Translations under genes and position numbers: made by a program
Assembly (NCBI GenBank): GCA_002633005.1
Contig: NMRA01000121.1
Span: 568,501-632,500, forward strand
From: Phoronis australis
Lineage: Eukaryota; Animalia; Phoronida
Direction of reading: 5' to 3'
Length of the DNA stretch: 64,000 nt
The notes under the pieces: generated by a model
Database searches by the model: none
Seen by the model: the letters and a program-made list of their open reading frames with translations, nothing else
Told to the model about the DNA's origin: nothing
Part shown: piece after piece, positions 34,601-64,000 of the stretch
How the letters are laid out: each line of letters starts with the position of its first letter
Position numbering within the stretch: position 1 is the stretch's first letter

Positions 34601-36831
34601 TATAGACCCTTATGCAAAAGCTGAGAATTTTAAAAAACAATTTCTAGCAACGTTTTGGAGAACTGTGCATAAAGTACGATGTCTGAAAGTTTCATATAAA
34701 TCCGGTGAGCCATTTCTGAGGTATGATGTTCCAAATTTTGCAAAATTTGGCCACTTTTCGAGGGTCCTATACAACCGTATGTATAAATTATTTTGTCCTC
34801 TCTGCTATTTGCACAATTTCGCACTCGCATAAAACTGAATATTTCGAAATTCCTTGTGTAAAGGTTCACGTCTGTGTAGGCTATATCAGGGTCCGTGAAA
34901 AATCTTGTGTTTAGAAAATCATGGTCACAAGTCGTCAAACGTCCGAGTACTTTTTCGTACCCATAATAAGTTTTTGTGATCGTGCAGAATTTGAAAGTAC
35001 ATGGTGTTAAAATTTGTAGGATCGTTATTATTAGAAATGTGGATTCGGTAACGAAAGCCAATCACATACACAATCTCTCAATGTTTATTTAAAGTAAACT
35101 AAGTAAAGTAAACTTTGAAAACACCGTCAATGACCCATAGTTCAAACAATGTTTTATTAATAGACTGATTACAATTATTTCAGATCCAGCGGTGTCGGAT
35201 GCTGCATGGTGTGGATGCGTGTCGGTTCGATGGTTGCTCCTCAATTTTTATTTTTGGTATGTTGATCGACGTAATCGTCCCTTAAAACGACAATAGGATA
35301 AGTTAGGTAACTGAACGTTACTTAATCGCATACGTTATGCAAACCGTTCTAAACAAAGATAGAAAATGCTCTCCAGTCCCAAACAAGATTAGGGCATTGG
35401 CAATACATTGATTGGGTTGGTCGCCCACTCAAATACTGGACCAACGTAAAGCTAATGTGATCTCTCAATTCCTTTTGGCGACTGACACCAACCGTTCTCA
35501 TGGCAACGACAGATTTCAGACAACTTGTAGTTTGCTTGGCTTAACCAGGTGATTTTACGGTGTAAGACTACGTGGGGAACATAAACGTGGTAATTATTTT
35601 GATCACATTTAGATGTCTTAGAGTTTGGTAACTTTGTTGTCTATTTCGTGACCCAAGTTCAAAATAGACGTAATATAATTGAGAACTACAAAGTGTTTCA
35701 GTTGTACTTGCTTCATCACCTGTGGGAGATGGCGTCATGAAACGTCACAAGTACGCATTTGCTGGTTTATCGAAACCAGTAAAATTAAGTTACCGATCGG
35801 TGTTTGAGAAATGTAGCGAATTGACGTGAGAAAATAAAATCCAGTTGATCACTCAAGAAAAGAATTCTGCTAAGGTTATGTAGCATGCTGTAAATAAAAT
35901 ATGAATATCTGCTTTTACACTGTGCTCCTATATTTTTCCCCCAATCTCATCTACAGCAATGTTATTCCACTGATATTTGCCATCACTCATCCATTTACAA
36001 ACCCAGTACTGGAGATTGGCATTTGATGTAACATCTACATTGTATGATAGGCAACATTTCCTAACAGTATAGTTTTCTATTCTGTCATATGAATGTCATT
36101 TAGCAACATGTCTTGAGTGGCTTTTAATGTGTCAACTTGGTATTTAAAGCCAAGTGACTGATACTAATTTAGTTAATTAGATTAGTGACCTGTCCGACAC
36201 ACTGTTGTCGCCCAAGATCAAAACGGGGCAACGCGTGAGAAAAGAAGTTGGGTTGATGAGGTGGTGACTGTTTTTTCGTGAGCCGTTAAATGCTTTTGGC
36301 GTGCCAGCGTGAACGTGAAACTCGCTTCACTGTGAACGTGGTTTTTGTATTTTAGTGTGTTGTGAACCGCCGCGAAGTAAGTCTGTATCCAAGAACGGAA
36401 TTGGAAATTGGGATCGAGGCAACCCGCAGTAGAAAATTGCGGAGTCTTTTGAGGTTGTGCGGCGCCCGGGGAAAGAACAAAAATTTGCTATGGTCGTGAA
36501 ATCGCCACCTACTAGTGTGGGCAGTGACCTATCCTACTTTAATCCAGTCTTTAATGGTTGAATGAATCATGTGCTTATCAACTATCGTTTGTCTCAACAG
36601 AGTGAGCTGACGTTTGCACAGTTACCATTCTTGCTGTTTGGAGGCCTGACATGCATCGCTAGCGCATTGGTGCTGATACTTCCCGACCTATCACAGCGAC
36701 ACCTACCGGACACTATCGAAGATGTTGAAAATGAGACGGACCCTGGATTTTGTCATAAAATGAAGCAAAAAAGGTTGAAGAATGTCATAGGAGAGACGGT
36801 TATAAACGAGGAAACCAGTAGCTTCCAATAG
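10452..36831 (+). CDS. SLC22-family (organic cation/anion transporter-like, MFS) gene, copy B, complete, 571 aa
   Basis: join(10452-10841,14163-14393,15478-15674,18997-19248,20852-20986,28266-28351,33846-33966,35184-35256,36601-36831) = 1716 nt with no internal stop. The duplicate exons 24452-24703 and 26238-26372 can substitute for exons 4-5. Motifs: large Cys-containing first loop, TIVTEWDLVC, LADKYGRR, ELFTP, PESPRWL, DLLRTPNLRKR, RVG..AP, LPDTIE. Confidence 0.9.
14163..14393 (+). CDS. SLC22 copy B exon 2
   Basis: tttcag|TGG GAC TTG...ATG CAG|gtattg; WDLVCDR...GHLADKYGRR (MFS motif A). Confidence 0.92.
14757..14848. repeat. Imperfect (ATT/ATC)n microsatellite
   Basis: attatcattatcatt tract; much shorter in copy C (about 46820-46868). 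Confidence 0.9.
15478..15674 (+). CDS. SLC22 copy B exon 3
   Basis: ttttag|GGC CTC CAG...ATA TG|gtgagt; GLQSSSFILMTELFTPRGRSFAGVLSRFAVDAFYMLLALITYLVKDWRHVQLVCTAPFFLLVCEIW. Confidence 0.9.
15661..16940. other. About 640-bp near-identical duplication joined by a single N at 16301 (probable assembly/haplotype artefact)
   Basis: 15661-16300 recurs at 16302-16940 with a few SNPs. Confidence 0.85.
17511..18690 (+). mobile_element. Truncated Kolobok element in intron 3 of copy B, with THAP and KolX-like remnants
   Basis: TTAA|AGAAGAATTCCACCCGATTTAATTAGTCTTTT matches the left end of 7398. THAP remnant CIVPACAN...FPREP..LWKWL...VCGLHF on +. Minus strand 18400-18010 reads QFEPEYTDQEI...SWCQ*ANC...CLTDHPDFAPYLNR. 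Empty TTAA site in copy C at 52479-52482; right end missing. Confidence 0.8.
18997..19248 (+). CDS. SLC22 copy B exon 4
   Basis: ttacag|G ATA ATA CCG GAA TCT...CTT TC|gtaagt; IIPESPRWL...DLLRTPNLRKRSIILFYLS. Confidence 0.9.
20852..20986 (+). CDS. SLC22 copy B exon 5
   Basis: tttcag|G TTT GCA ACG...AAG CG|gtatg; FATLVVDVGNMYAVSTLPGNKYLLFFLASLASALVSLTLIPLQKR. Confidence 0.88.
22747..23350 (+). mobile_element. Duplicate of the 3' part of the intron-3 Kolobok remnant
   Basis: Nearly identical to 18090-18690. Confidence 0.75.
23563..24356. mobile_element. About 790-bp insertion, present only in the second exon 4-5 segment
   Basis: Empty site cacatgtcatttt|gtatacaa at 18887-18907; the insertion contains a tRNA-like head. 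Confidence 0.65.
23650..23724 (-). mobile_element. tRNA-derived SINE-like head (RNA pol III A and B boxes)
   Basis: Minus strand: A box TGGTGTAGTGG and B box GGTTCGACTCC at tRNA-like spacing; acceptor stem does not pair. Confidence 0.6.
24452..24703 (+). CDS. Duplicate exon 4 (exon 4') of SLC22 copy B, in the segment after the single-N join
   Basis: Intact splice sites; ILPESPRWL...DLMRTPNLRKR; differs from 18997-19248 at several codons (I/L, G/A, R/T, L/M). Confidence 0.8.
25622..25672. repeat. (TA)n(TG)n microsatellite
   Basis: Direct reading; the homologous site in copy C carries the long (TG)n at 55526. Confidence 0.95.
26238..26372 (+). CDS. Duplicate exon 5 (exon 5') of SLC22 copy B
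   Basis: tttcag|G TTT GCA...AAG CG|gtatg; same peptide as 20852-20986, with synonymous differences only. Confidence 0.8.
28266..28351 (+). CDS. SLC22 copy B exon 6 (followed by a GC donor)
   Basis: tacag|A TTT GAA CGA CGC AGG...AAA ACT G|gcaagt; (R)FERRRLLCAFLAVTMVSALTAGFVPQKT. Confidence 0.85.
28550..28614. repeat. (TATG)n microsatellite
   Basis: gtatgtatgtatg tract; homologue at about 59140-59203. Confidence 0.9.
29008..29254. mobile_element. Small MITE with CCCGGGGG-type ends and an 8-bp target duplication
   Basis: CTGACACG|GCCGGGGGG...CCCCCTGGG|CTGACACG; homologue at 59598-59866. Confidence 0.65.
29285..29396. repeat. Imperfect (ATT/ACT/ATC)n low-complexity tract
   Basis: ttattactattac...attatcatt; homologue at about 59893-60020. 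Confidence 0.85.
29556..30053. mobile_element. Kolobok-type fold-back MITE (about 200-bp inverted arms, TTAA target)
   Basis: TTAA|AAGCGAAGGCAACC...GGTTGCCTTTGCCT|TTAA; the arms are inverted copies of each other up to ...CATTGTTCTA / TAGAACAATG. Confidence 0.85.
33846..33966 (+). CDS. SLC22 copy B exon 7
   Basis: tttacag|CA AGT...ATT CG|gtgagt; same peptide as copy A exon 7. Confidence 0.88.
35184..35256 (+). CDS. SLC22 copy B exon 8
   Basis: Identical to 4987-5059, with the same splice sites. Confidence 0.88.
36601..36831 (+). CDS. SLC22 copy B exon 9 (terminal)
   Basis: caacag|AGT GAG...TAG; lies within ORF 36562-36831. Confidence 0.9.
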   Translation, partial: SELTFAQLPFLLFGGLTCIASALVLILPDLSQRHLPDTIEDVENETDPGFCHKMKQKRLKNVIGETVINEETSSFQ

Positions 36832-37456
36832 GGAGTCTGGAGTTGTACTTTAGAGTACCTCGGTGTGAACACTGTTTAACATGAGTAGCAATGTTGAATG
36901 CGATGGTGCACATGCCTAGAAGCGTAGCTCGTCCATTAATAATCATTTTCATTTTAAAATTATCATTTTATTTTGAAAGTGAACTCGTGAACTAAATTCC
37001 TCAACTACTAGCGATTTCGTGCTTTACACACGACACAAAGGAATTTCTATCTGTTATCTCTTAACATTTTCACAGCAAATGACGAAATTTCCTTTTGAAA
37101 CAGGCTTAGTCGCAATTTTTCATTTTGATGACTCTGGAGGTCTTCATTTTTGTTCTTGAAACTCTTAGGCATCTTTCCGGCAGACGTGGGACATAAAATA
37201 ATTAACAAATTTTGCGAATTCACTTACGCTGTGAAGAAAAATCTAAATTCATACTGTCAAAAATTTGAAAAGTTTGAAAAGGGTCGCTAAGTACGTGTAC
37301 TTGCTAATAATTTGAGTAAATGAATAGTAAACTCGCAGGTTGTCATTGTTGGTCTGATTTATTGTTGCACCCTGTAACTGACTGTTTCATTACATTTTGT
37401 TGGGCCTAGCAAGGTGGCCACTGTGTTTTTTTTTCTTCTTCTGATGATGTTGTTTC

Positions 37457-37462
37457 AATAAA
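37457..37462 (+). promoter_or_regulatory. Candidate polyadenylation signal of copy B
   Basis: AATAAA at the position equivalent to 7241. Confidence 0.45.
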
Positions 37463-37613
37463 CGACACCAAAACATGTCAAGCCGGGTTAAATCCGTTGT
37501 TTTTATTAATAAATGTTTACGAAAATTTGAGAAGAGGTTCCCTCTGTCCTATGATTATGGCGGGGGATGACGGCCACTTGGGCATGTTGATTGCAACCAT
37601 CTACTCCATTTAA

Positions 37614-39231
37614 AGGAGAATGACACCTGGTTTAATTAGTCTTTTTTGCCATCTTAATCGGTTTATATCCATATCGCCTCGCATACGGTCGACCTTACCT
37701 TGCCAAGAGGTGTCGCGTTAACCTGTGAGGAAGGTGAGAAACGACGCTAGCGACGTCAGTGGTTCATATGCAGAGTGAATGCCGCTATATTGCGAAGCAT
37801 CGTTCCCGCTTGTCCAAACTAAGCAGCTGCGAGGGAAGCGGTATATCGTTTTTTTTTTACTTCCTCGAAAGTCCGAAATGCTTAGGAAGTGGCTCATTGT
37901 AGTGAAGAATGAAATGTACGCTGTAAATAGCAAGTGTGAGGCCGTGAAACATCTCCGTGTCTGTGGCCTGCAGATGTCGACAGTGCCTGACGAATGCCGG
38001 CTCTAGTACCAAATAACTCCATACGTTCCGTTGTCTGAGCTTGTTCACGGCGCCTCTCTAGTATTTCTTCGTCACTGTATTCCTGTTCGAAATGATAACC
38101 TCTAAAACTTAACGATCCACCTGTAAAGTCGAGACTGGTGAGCTCTAGCTCGTCCTAAGTCGGGATTGCGAGTTGCCATGTTGGCGTTTATTACTGAGCG
38201 TTCTGTTTCAAAATGAATTATTCTCACTCTAACCAATACTTATATAAAACTGTCTCGTTAGATGCAATTTGTAATGCCTTTGTAGTGTTCGTGATTGCAA
38301 ATGATTTGAGAAGCCAGCAATGAATAAATCACTGCGTTACCGGCTTTAGGTGCAATAAAACTAATTGACGGAAACCGAGGCCGTGTGAGCTCATGGTAAT
38401 TTAGTGTTTGCTGACAGAAACTGTTGTGAAAGAACTCGATTTCCATCCCACGGCCAGGTGTTAGGGGAATCTTTATTTACATTTACATTATTCAAATAAT
38501 GATTGTCAGTGTACAACGTGTGCCGTGGGCAGTGCTGTGGCCAAAGCGGAAACCGAGTGAATTCGCGGCCCCCGACGAGTAAGTACGATTTGCAGTTTCG
38601 TGGCTACTTCACCAACATAATCACGTGCACATTACTTTGGCTCACTAGTATAGTATTTTCTTGACTGGAAGTTTAGTTTCCACTGAACTTTGGCTGGTTT
38701 ATGTTCGTGATGTCTGATCAGTTTCCGAGCCACTGGCCAGGATAACAAGCGTTTTGTGTTTAGAACTCAAAAAATCACAAGTCTAAACAACACAGATCTA
38801 GGTTCTCCTGCCTGTATCTCATGGAAAATACTTCGAAATTATCTCCGAACAGACCCCAAACTCCTGCTACGCCGATCTTAATGGCCTGCCGACTTTGTAG
38901 GCTACGGTGTGTCCAAATACCAATAAATCCGTAAGAACGAAATAGAAGAACACGTTTTTATAAGAACTCGGTGTATTTTAAAGGGTTTTACATCGAAGTT
39001 TTATGATTTATTGGTGTTAAACGATGACTTCAGGCGATAAGCTGACACCAGTAACCCGTGTTGTGAACTGCTGAACAGACTGCATGTGAAACCGATGACG
39101 TCATTGGATAATTTCAACACCTCCGTCTGCCGTCAGGTGTCAGGTAACAAAACCGTACGTGTCGTTATGGGGTAGAGTTACTCAATCTAAATTGATACAG
39201 ATTCAGGTTGTTTTTTGGGTGGCATGCTCCT
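37614..39231 (+). mobile_element. Kolobok-type element between copies B and C (same insertion as 7398-9064)
   Basis: TTAA|AGGAGAATGACACC...GGGTGGCATGCTCCT|TTAA with the same flanks; THAP remnant at 37779-38006. Confidence 0.85.
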
Positions 39232-40627
39232 TTAACTTTCTCAAACAATGCTTTAAATCACACCCACTAAAATGCCATGTAATTTATCACCCTTGCGCAA
39301 GCAGTGTCGATTTGGGCAACTGAACTACGCCGGGACTGCTCGAAAAACAGGATCGCAGGAGTATTTGTTTAAGCTGAGAACAAATAAAAACACTAACACC
39401 TCCTAAGGCATCCCTTTACGCGGAAAAGGTAGATGTACTTCTAAACTAATAGCAACATGACTTTGACGGTTTAATCAGTGTGATGCATAACTTTCCGAAA
39501 AGCATCCGGCATATGGAGGACCTATGGTATGGTCACCATATCTACTAGGCAAGTTAAGACAGCGGTATTGTCTACGGCCCGGGTAGCCTAGGGACTGAAC
39601 AAGTTAAAAAATAACTGGTGATAATACTGAACACACTTGGAAAACACTAAGATGTACGTTTCAAAAACACATCAGAAAGCTGTTACAATTGGTAACAAGG
39701 GCAATTGGTGGGCGGTGGGGGTAAAATTAGTGGTGATCGTGATGGGAGTTGGTAGCGACCGGAGGGACAGTGTCGAAATTGGTGGTGAAATTACCCAAAG
39801 TCTTCACTCGGGCAAGGCTATGTCATATGCCGCAAAATATATGCGTATACACATTATGGTGACCAAAGCATTGTATTTATGTTTTTGTCTTGCTGTTGTT
39901 GGAGTGTCTGTAGGCCCACGTTTACTTTTACGTGTATCCGAACTTGTTGGCACACACTTAACGTTTTTGTTGCTATTAGCAATCGTGTTGGTAAGGGTTC
40001 CAGCACTGCGGTGCCCGGGAGGCTATGGTATTGTTGTGGCCGTCCTGGCAACGCCAGTTGTGGAAACTTTCCTTGTAGTGATATATTTCGTCTGATGAAA
40101 CCTACTAAGGATTTAAAATAGACGCCTAACAACTATTCAAGGTTTGACAAGTTTTGGTAGAGTAGCCAATATTCTGGCCACTCGAACTTCTCAGATTTTC
40201 CCATTGACATGATATTTCGAGAACAAAATCCTTTCGCGAACTTCAGAATTGTTTACAAATTCATGCCTTTTATGCAAGCATTTTATATCGTGAGTACAAA
40301 TACACTTTCTACATGTAATTCGTGAATAGAATATGTTTGTAAGAAAAAATTAGCAGTGGCTGTAAAGATAATGCGTAACTACGTTCACGGAGAAAGATCG
40401 CGTTAACAGAAAACGTGCTTGGATAAGGTGATTTGGAAGACGTGATTACATAATCCGCCACGACTCTAGTTCTGAAGTCCAGGGCAAATATTCGATGAGT
40501 ATGATATTACTTGAAATGTGAACTATGACCTGTCATCCGTTTTCAGATAACCAAACTGAACGTGTGCTGAAGCTTCCGTGTATCTCAACTAGAACGAGAC
40601 AAAAGTAAACGAGTTTCACGGCAGATA

Positions 40628-58940
<18,313 letters not shown>

Positions 58941-59597
58941 GCAAGTAGTTTACTTCCTAACAAGTGTCGTTTTTTGGATTCAAGGGAGAATTTGGCATGC
59001 CATTACTTACTGTACGACTGAAATTCGGATCTATCCGGAATATTCGAGATAGAGTCGTGTAATCCTTTGTACTGGTAGTGAGTTTGCAGCTTCCTGTCAG
59101 TAATTACTTTCGCATTCTGATAGAGGATGCTCATGCACGTGTGTATGTGTGTTTGTATGTATGTATGTATGTATGCATGTATGTATGTATAAATATATGT
59201 ATACCCTTTTTTACGCTACACCATCTGGAACACCTCGAGTGAACGTTATCTCCGCCTGTGCTGACTTCAGATATAGGTCAAGTCGTGTGAAATTCGAATT
59301 GGACCATGATTGGCCATGTGACTGAAATTCACACATACTGATACGCCGTAAAATGTAACAATTCCGTAACATGTAACAACTGTTACATTTTACGTCATTG
59401 TTACATTTTACGTTGCTAAGCCTCTCCTAAAATGTAACAAGTTGTTATATTTCACGTAGTTGTTACATTTTACGTCGAATGCACATGCGAGACAGAATGT
59501 ACCATTGTTACATTTTACGAAACCAACGTCATATTACAAATAAATACATAAAAAAAAGAAAACGACCAAAATCACGAACAAAGTGCTATCTGACACT

Positions 59598-59866
59598 GCC
59601 GGGGGTACTCCGAGTATTTTTGGACGAGGAGTGTCGCACGAAAAATTTGAATACCTACCCCTTTAAAGAGTGGGCTTGGACAAAAAAATGACCCGATGAG
59701 ATACTAATTTCATGTGAAAATTCACATTTCCTCACATTTCTGTTCCAGAAATTCAGAAAAGGCATTCTTTTAGATAGTATTTTGTTGGAGAATATTTTTT
59801 ACAGTGAAAAACACCCTTTTGGGCGGCACTTTTCGTATATCCCTTTCTATAGGAATGCCCCCTGGG
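59598..59866. mobile_element. CCCGGGGG-type MITE (copy C)
   Basis: CTGACACT|GCCGGGGGTACTCC...CCCCCTGGG|CTGACACG. Confidence 0.65.
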
Positions 59867-60179
59867 CTGACACGAAATGATACTGGCTACCAATTATCAT
59901 TTTTATTACTATTACATTTTTATTACTGCTATTACTACCATTACTACTATTACTCCTTTCACTACTATTATTCGTTATCGGTATCGTTATCATTATCATT
60001 ATCATTATCATTATTACTATAAATATTTTTGAATTTATATAACAACGACACATTGCAATATAAATAGAACATGCTTTAGCTAAGTGCTAATACATCATGG
60101 TCCTCAAAGATTTTAAAATCGTATCATATATGGTTCAATGTTTTCACCGGTCTTCGTATAATGGACAGCGATTGCTTAA

Positions 60180-60676
60180 AGGCGAAGGCAACCTTTTTTC
60201 ATGTCATTTTTAGCAAAAATGAGGTTCGTTGATTATCCCAGATATATTTTTCACTTATTTACTGCTTTTCGTAATTTAATTAATTACTCGTCGTCTACTC
60301 CGGAAGTGACGTTTTGGGAGGCAAGAGTTTCGCCCCAATTCCTTTTCATATAGTCTGACTGTGAGAGCAGTCGAGTCAGTCATTGTTCTACCTCGGTTGT
60401 GATAAGTTCGGTCGACGTTTGCTTTTGTTTACGAGTCAGTCAACATGCCACGCTGTTGCTGCGTACTGGGGTGTACTCATTATAGAACAATGAATGGCTC
60501 GACAGCGCTCACAGTCTATAATGAAAAGAAATTGGCGCGAAACTCTTGCCTCCCGGAGTAGAGGACAAAAAATTAATCGAATTACGAAAAGCTGTAATTA
60601 AGTGAAAAATGTGTCTGGGATAATCAACGAACCTTATTTTTGATAAAAGTGACATGAAAAAAGGTTGCCTTCGCCT
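60180..60676. mobile_element. Kolobok-type fold-back MITE (copy C)
   Basis: TTAA|AGGCGAAGGCAACC...GGTTGCCTTCGCCT|TTAA, perfect terminal match. Confidence 0.88.
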
Positions 60677-63600
60677 TTAAAGTGTTTGCTATGTTCAACC
60701 TTAATGATATTGTGAGAACCGTCATGACACCTTTGGAAGCAGAGTTTGCCTGCTTTTTGGAAACCAGGAGGTCGAGATTAAAAATCTTGATTAGACTTGC
60801 GCCATTTCATAAAATTATTATTTCTGATCCATTGGCAAGCACGGTATTGCTTGTAAATACAACTATATCCTTCTGAAGTTTGCCACGAAGAACTGAATTC
60901 AACACTGTAATCTTTTACTTGCGACTAACATCTAGACGTGAGGATACCCTTTTCAAAGAAATGTGGCTCGTTCCACGATGTAAGTTCAAAAATTGCTTTA
61001 AGATGAATTCTGAAGGTAGACATTTTTCCAGAACTTGCGACTAGTCGGTTATGGCAAGGTCATTAGAATAGATGGTAGCGGAAATGCAAAACACGCAACA
61101 CATTTATGTGGAACGGGCCCCAATATTCACTGATTTAACCGAGTGATTTGAACTAGGTTTCATTGAAAGTAGGTTGTGAGGAAAAAAACGGCCAACGTCG
61201 AAGTCAACGATGTTTAATGTGCGCTTTTTATGCGATGCAGTAAAAAGGTTAATATGCCAAATTTCCTTATCTGCCTGCAACCACGCATGTTGTTGACACA
61301 AAAATGGCGCCTCATAAGACACGTGGCTTCACGTCCATTAATACTAGCATGTCCAGTCTCTGTCTTTGTTTGCATGTGCTTCGGACTAAGGTACATTGAA
61401 CAAATAGCAATTTTAATTGATATTTAATCTGAAAAGATAAGAGAAAGAAAAAGTGCATGTTTTTGTGGTCCGAAAGGCTGACAGTCAGCTTTTTTCAGAC
61501 TATTGCCCCTTTAAGCTATCGACCTAGACCCAGTATGAGCAAAATAATCGTGTCCTTTCAGAGTGGCAAAATATTCTGGTTCTGTTTCCCCAGCTAGGCT
61601 TCGCATTTTTACGTATTGACGTCACGGTTTGATCAGTTGTTACTACCGCTATTTCAGACGGGTTTGACATCATAGGAACAATGATATTTCTTTCAGCTTT
61701 TAGCTGTTTAAAACACGTTACTATGCCGCCACTTTTTAAAACTATTGGCTCCCTCTTCTCAAAGGCGATCTTTTGCTGTTACACTGGCAAAATCTGTCCA
61801 CCTGCCCGCAAATAAATGAATGCTTTTATTTCCTTCCACCACAAGGTCTTTAAGAAATTGTAATTCGTAACTAAGGTGGTAGACAGAACTCGTCGACATA
61901 AACTTTGGTCTTGCCCCTTTTCTGTGGAGCATTAGCCATGACTCCAAGGCAATAAAACACTAGCTAAAATAAATCAAGCTATCGTGGATGAAAACGGGTG
62001 CTTTTTCTACGAAATTGGCTTCCGAAATTGAATTCTCCGTGAAAAAAAGGTTATTGTCGTTTGCTCCAGAGGAAATTCGATAAATATTAGCCACAATACG
62101 ATGCCATTTTTTCCGTTGTGCTAACAGGGTACCAATGGAAGTTTGTGAACTGTAATGCCAGACACACAATTGGTGAGCGCCAATAAAATATTGCAAGAAC
62201 GCTTAAACATTAAAAACTTGTTCTGATCCTGGAAACTCCTTCGTCTGGAGTTCAAACTCTACGGGTTACATTTTTGAATATACCAAGAAACTATTCATGT
62301 TAAAAACAATGGGAAGCACATAGGAACACATTTGTAAATTCGAGCTGCAACATTTGATAGAATATAATTCAAACAATCGGAGAACGAAGGCGTTAAGTGT
62401 ATGAAAAGTTTTCCTCGGTGTGATAAATACCATGCAAACTCATGAAATATGACGTCGCTTTCGTAAAATATAACAATGGTACATTTATCGCATGTGCATT
62501 CGACGTAAATTGTAACAATTACATAAAATGTAAAAACTTGTTACATTTTAAGAGAGGCCTAGCAACGTAAAATGTAACACTGACGTAAAATGTAACAGTT
62601 GTTACATTTCACGAAATTGTTACATTTTACGGCGTATCACATGCACAGATGTCGTTCACCTATGAGGGGAAATTTAAGGCTACGATTTCCGAGTGATACA
62701 CGAGTGCGGCGCAAAGTCGAGGCTTTAAGGTTCCATATATCCCAGAATATCTGCATTAGTTAATGACGAAATAGCGTGCTGTTTATCTTGTATCTCAAAT
62801 AGATCAAACATTCGTTCTTTAGTGTATAGGATTTTACATCAATTCTCTTTTTAGTGATCAGTCAAAGGAAAATGTTTTGTAGAATCTAAACTTTACAAAC
62901 TAAACAGTTTTGAGCCAACAATTGCTTAAAACCTCGTCCTCACAGGTAAAAACATTCATGCAAACATCCTGACAATTAAAACGTAAAGGCTTCAAAAACA
63001 TTATGCATCAACTCCCTTATAAGTTTTTATACACGTCTTCATGGAATAAATTCTTGAAACTGTCGTGTGGCCGGTCGAACAACTCACTCACCTCTCATCG
63101 GATGTGACATGATTCCCTGTTAGCCAGATCGAAAATTTAGCTTTTTAATTGGGCTCAACAGTGTCGGTGGCCGAATTCTTTCGGGGGTGACAAACTTTTC
63201 CCGAATAGTATTGAATCAGCTTTCCGCCAAAGCACCGCAGTTTTGATGTAGATCACTTACACAGTACTGCAATATAACGGGTTTTTGTACTCGTATGAAA
63301 AACGGTTTCAGGGCTTGGCCAAGAACTAAGGTCACCTTGAGAACATGCTCAGTGCGCAAAACGGTCCTTCGTGAAAAGCCAGCATGTTTAGCGTGGTCTC
63401 AAGCAATAGCGAGCTGTTAGTTTGTTCTAAGACCAGAAACCTCCTCCAGTTTGAGTGAGAAACAAAATTATTGCAAGTGGTTTAAATTCGAAGGTTATTT
63501 TTCACGAGAGGTGGTTTTATTGCAACCTTAATGAACTCCATCGACAGATGACATATATACCTGATCAGTTCATTAGTTTTGTACATATATTCCAAGTAAA

Positions 63601-64000
63601 CTTTCGTTAAATATTTTTATGCTACTTTGTTCTTAGAAAACATCAATTGTCATCACGTAGACAATTTGCCATCCCCGTAGCGTATTAAGAGAGGAGTATT
63701 TAAATATAAACATACACATTTATTTATCTAACCCAAATTTAAAAATAATTTGTTTTGTGCTATTTTGTGTTCAGCACAATAGTTTGTGAATAGCTACATG
63801 TCCATTGTGCATTTCACTGTAGCATAAAGACCTACTGCATGAAAATAATAGTTCTCATGAGAGAGAGGCACTTATATAGCATTCAATAAAGCATGCCTTT
63901 AACATTTCTATGCATTTTAAACCAATGCTTAAAAACATTATTATATGAAACTGCTAAACGATTGAACAATACTTTTCAGCCCACTCATGTGACTGTTTAA

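Larger units (their letters stand above)
59339..62639. mobile_element. TG...CA terminal-inverted-repeat element, copy C counterpart of 28780-32051
   Basis: CATAC|TGATACGCCG...CGGCGTATCA|CATGC; same nested elements. Confidence 0.8.

Noticed and set aside
10452-40627. Near-constant unit spacing of about 30.2-30.6 kb as a sign of length constraint
   Set aside because: Coincidental: B is inflated by about 5 kb of N-joined duplication and C by a similar amount of private insertions.

Overview
AT-rich, intron-containing eukaryotic DNA, probably from an invertebrate animal (inferred from the transposon types and gene structure). The window holds a head-to-tail tandem array of a 9-coding-exon SLC22 / major facilitator (organic cation/anion transporter-like) gene on the + strand, repeating about every 30 kb. 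Copy A shows only exons 7-9 (3512-6601). Copy B is complete (10452-36831; 1716 nt, 571 aa). Copy C shows exons 1-6 (40628-58940) and runs off the window. I rebuilt the exons by hand from splice sites and reading phase; intron 6 needs a GC donor. Introns and intergenic DNA are full of decayed transposons: Kolobok-type TTAA elements with THAP and KolX-like remnants, a nested 3.3-kb TG...CA terminal-inverted-repeat element, MITEs, an inverted pair of Helitron-like ends, a LINE 3' fragment and a tRNA-derived SINE head. Three single-N joins (16301, 22746, 45723) each sit in the middle of a local duplication and are probably uncollapsed haplotypes or overlapping contigs. One of them duplicates exons 4-5 in frame. 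I see no convincing wholly new system. The best leads are the divergent, recently amplified SLC22 array with clustered changes in a predicted substrate-lining helix, and several unusual transposon architectures.
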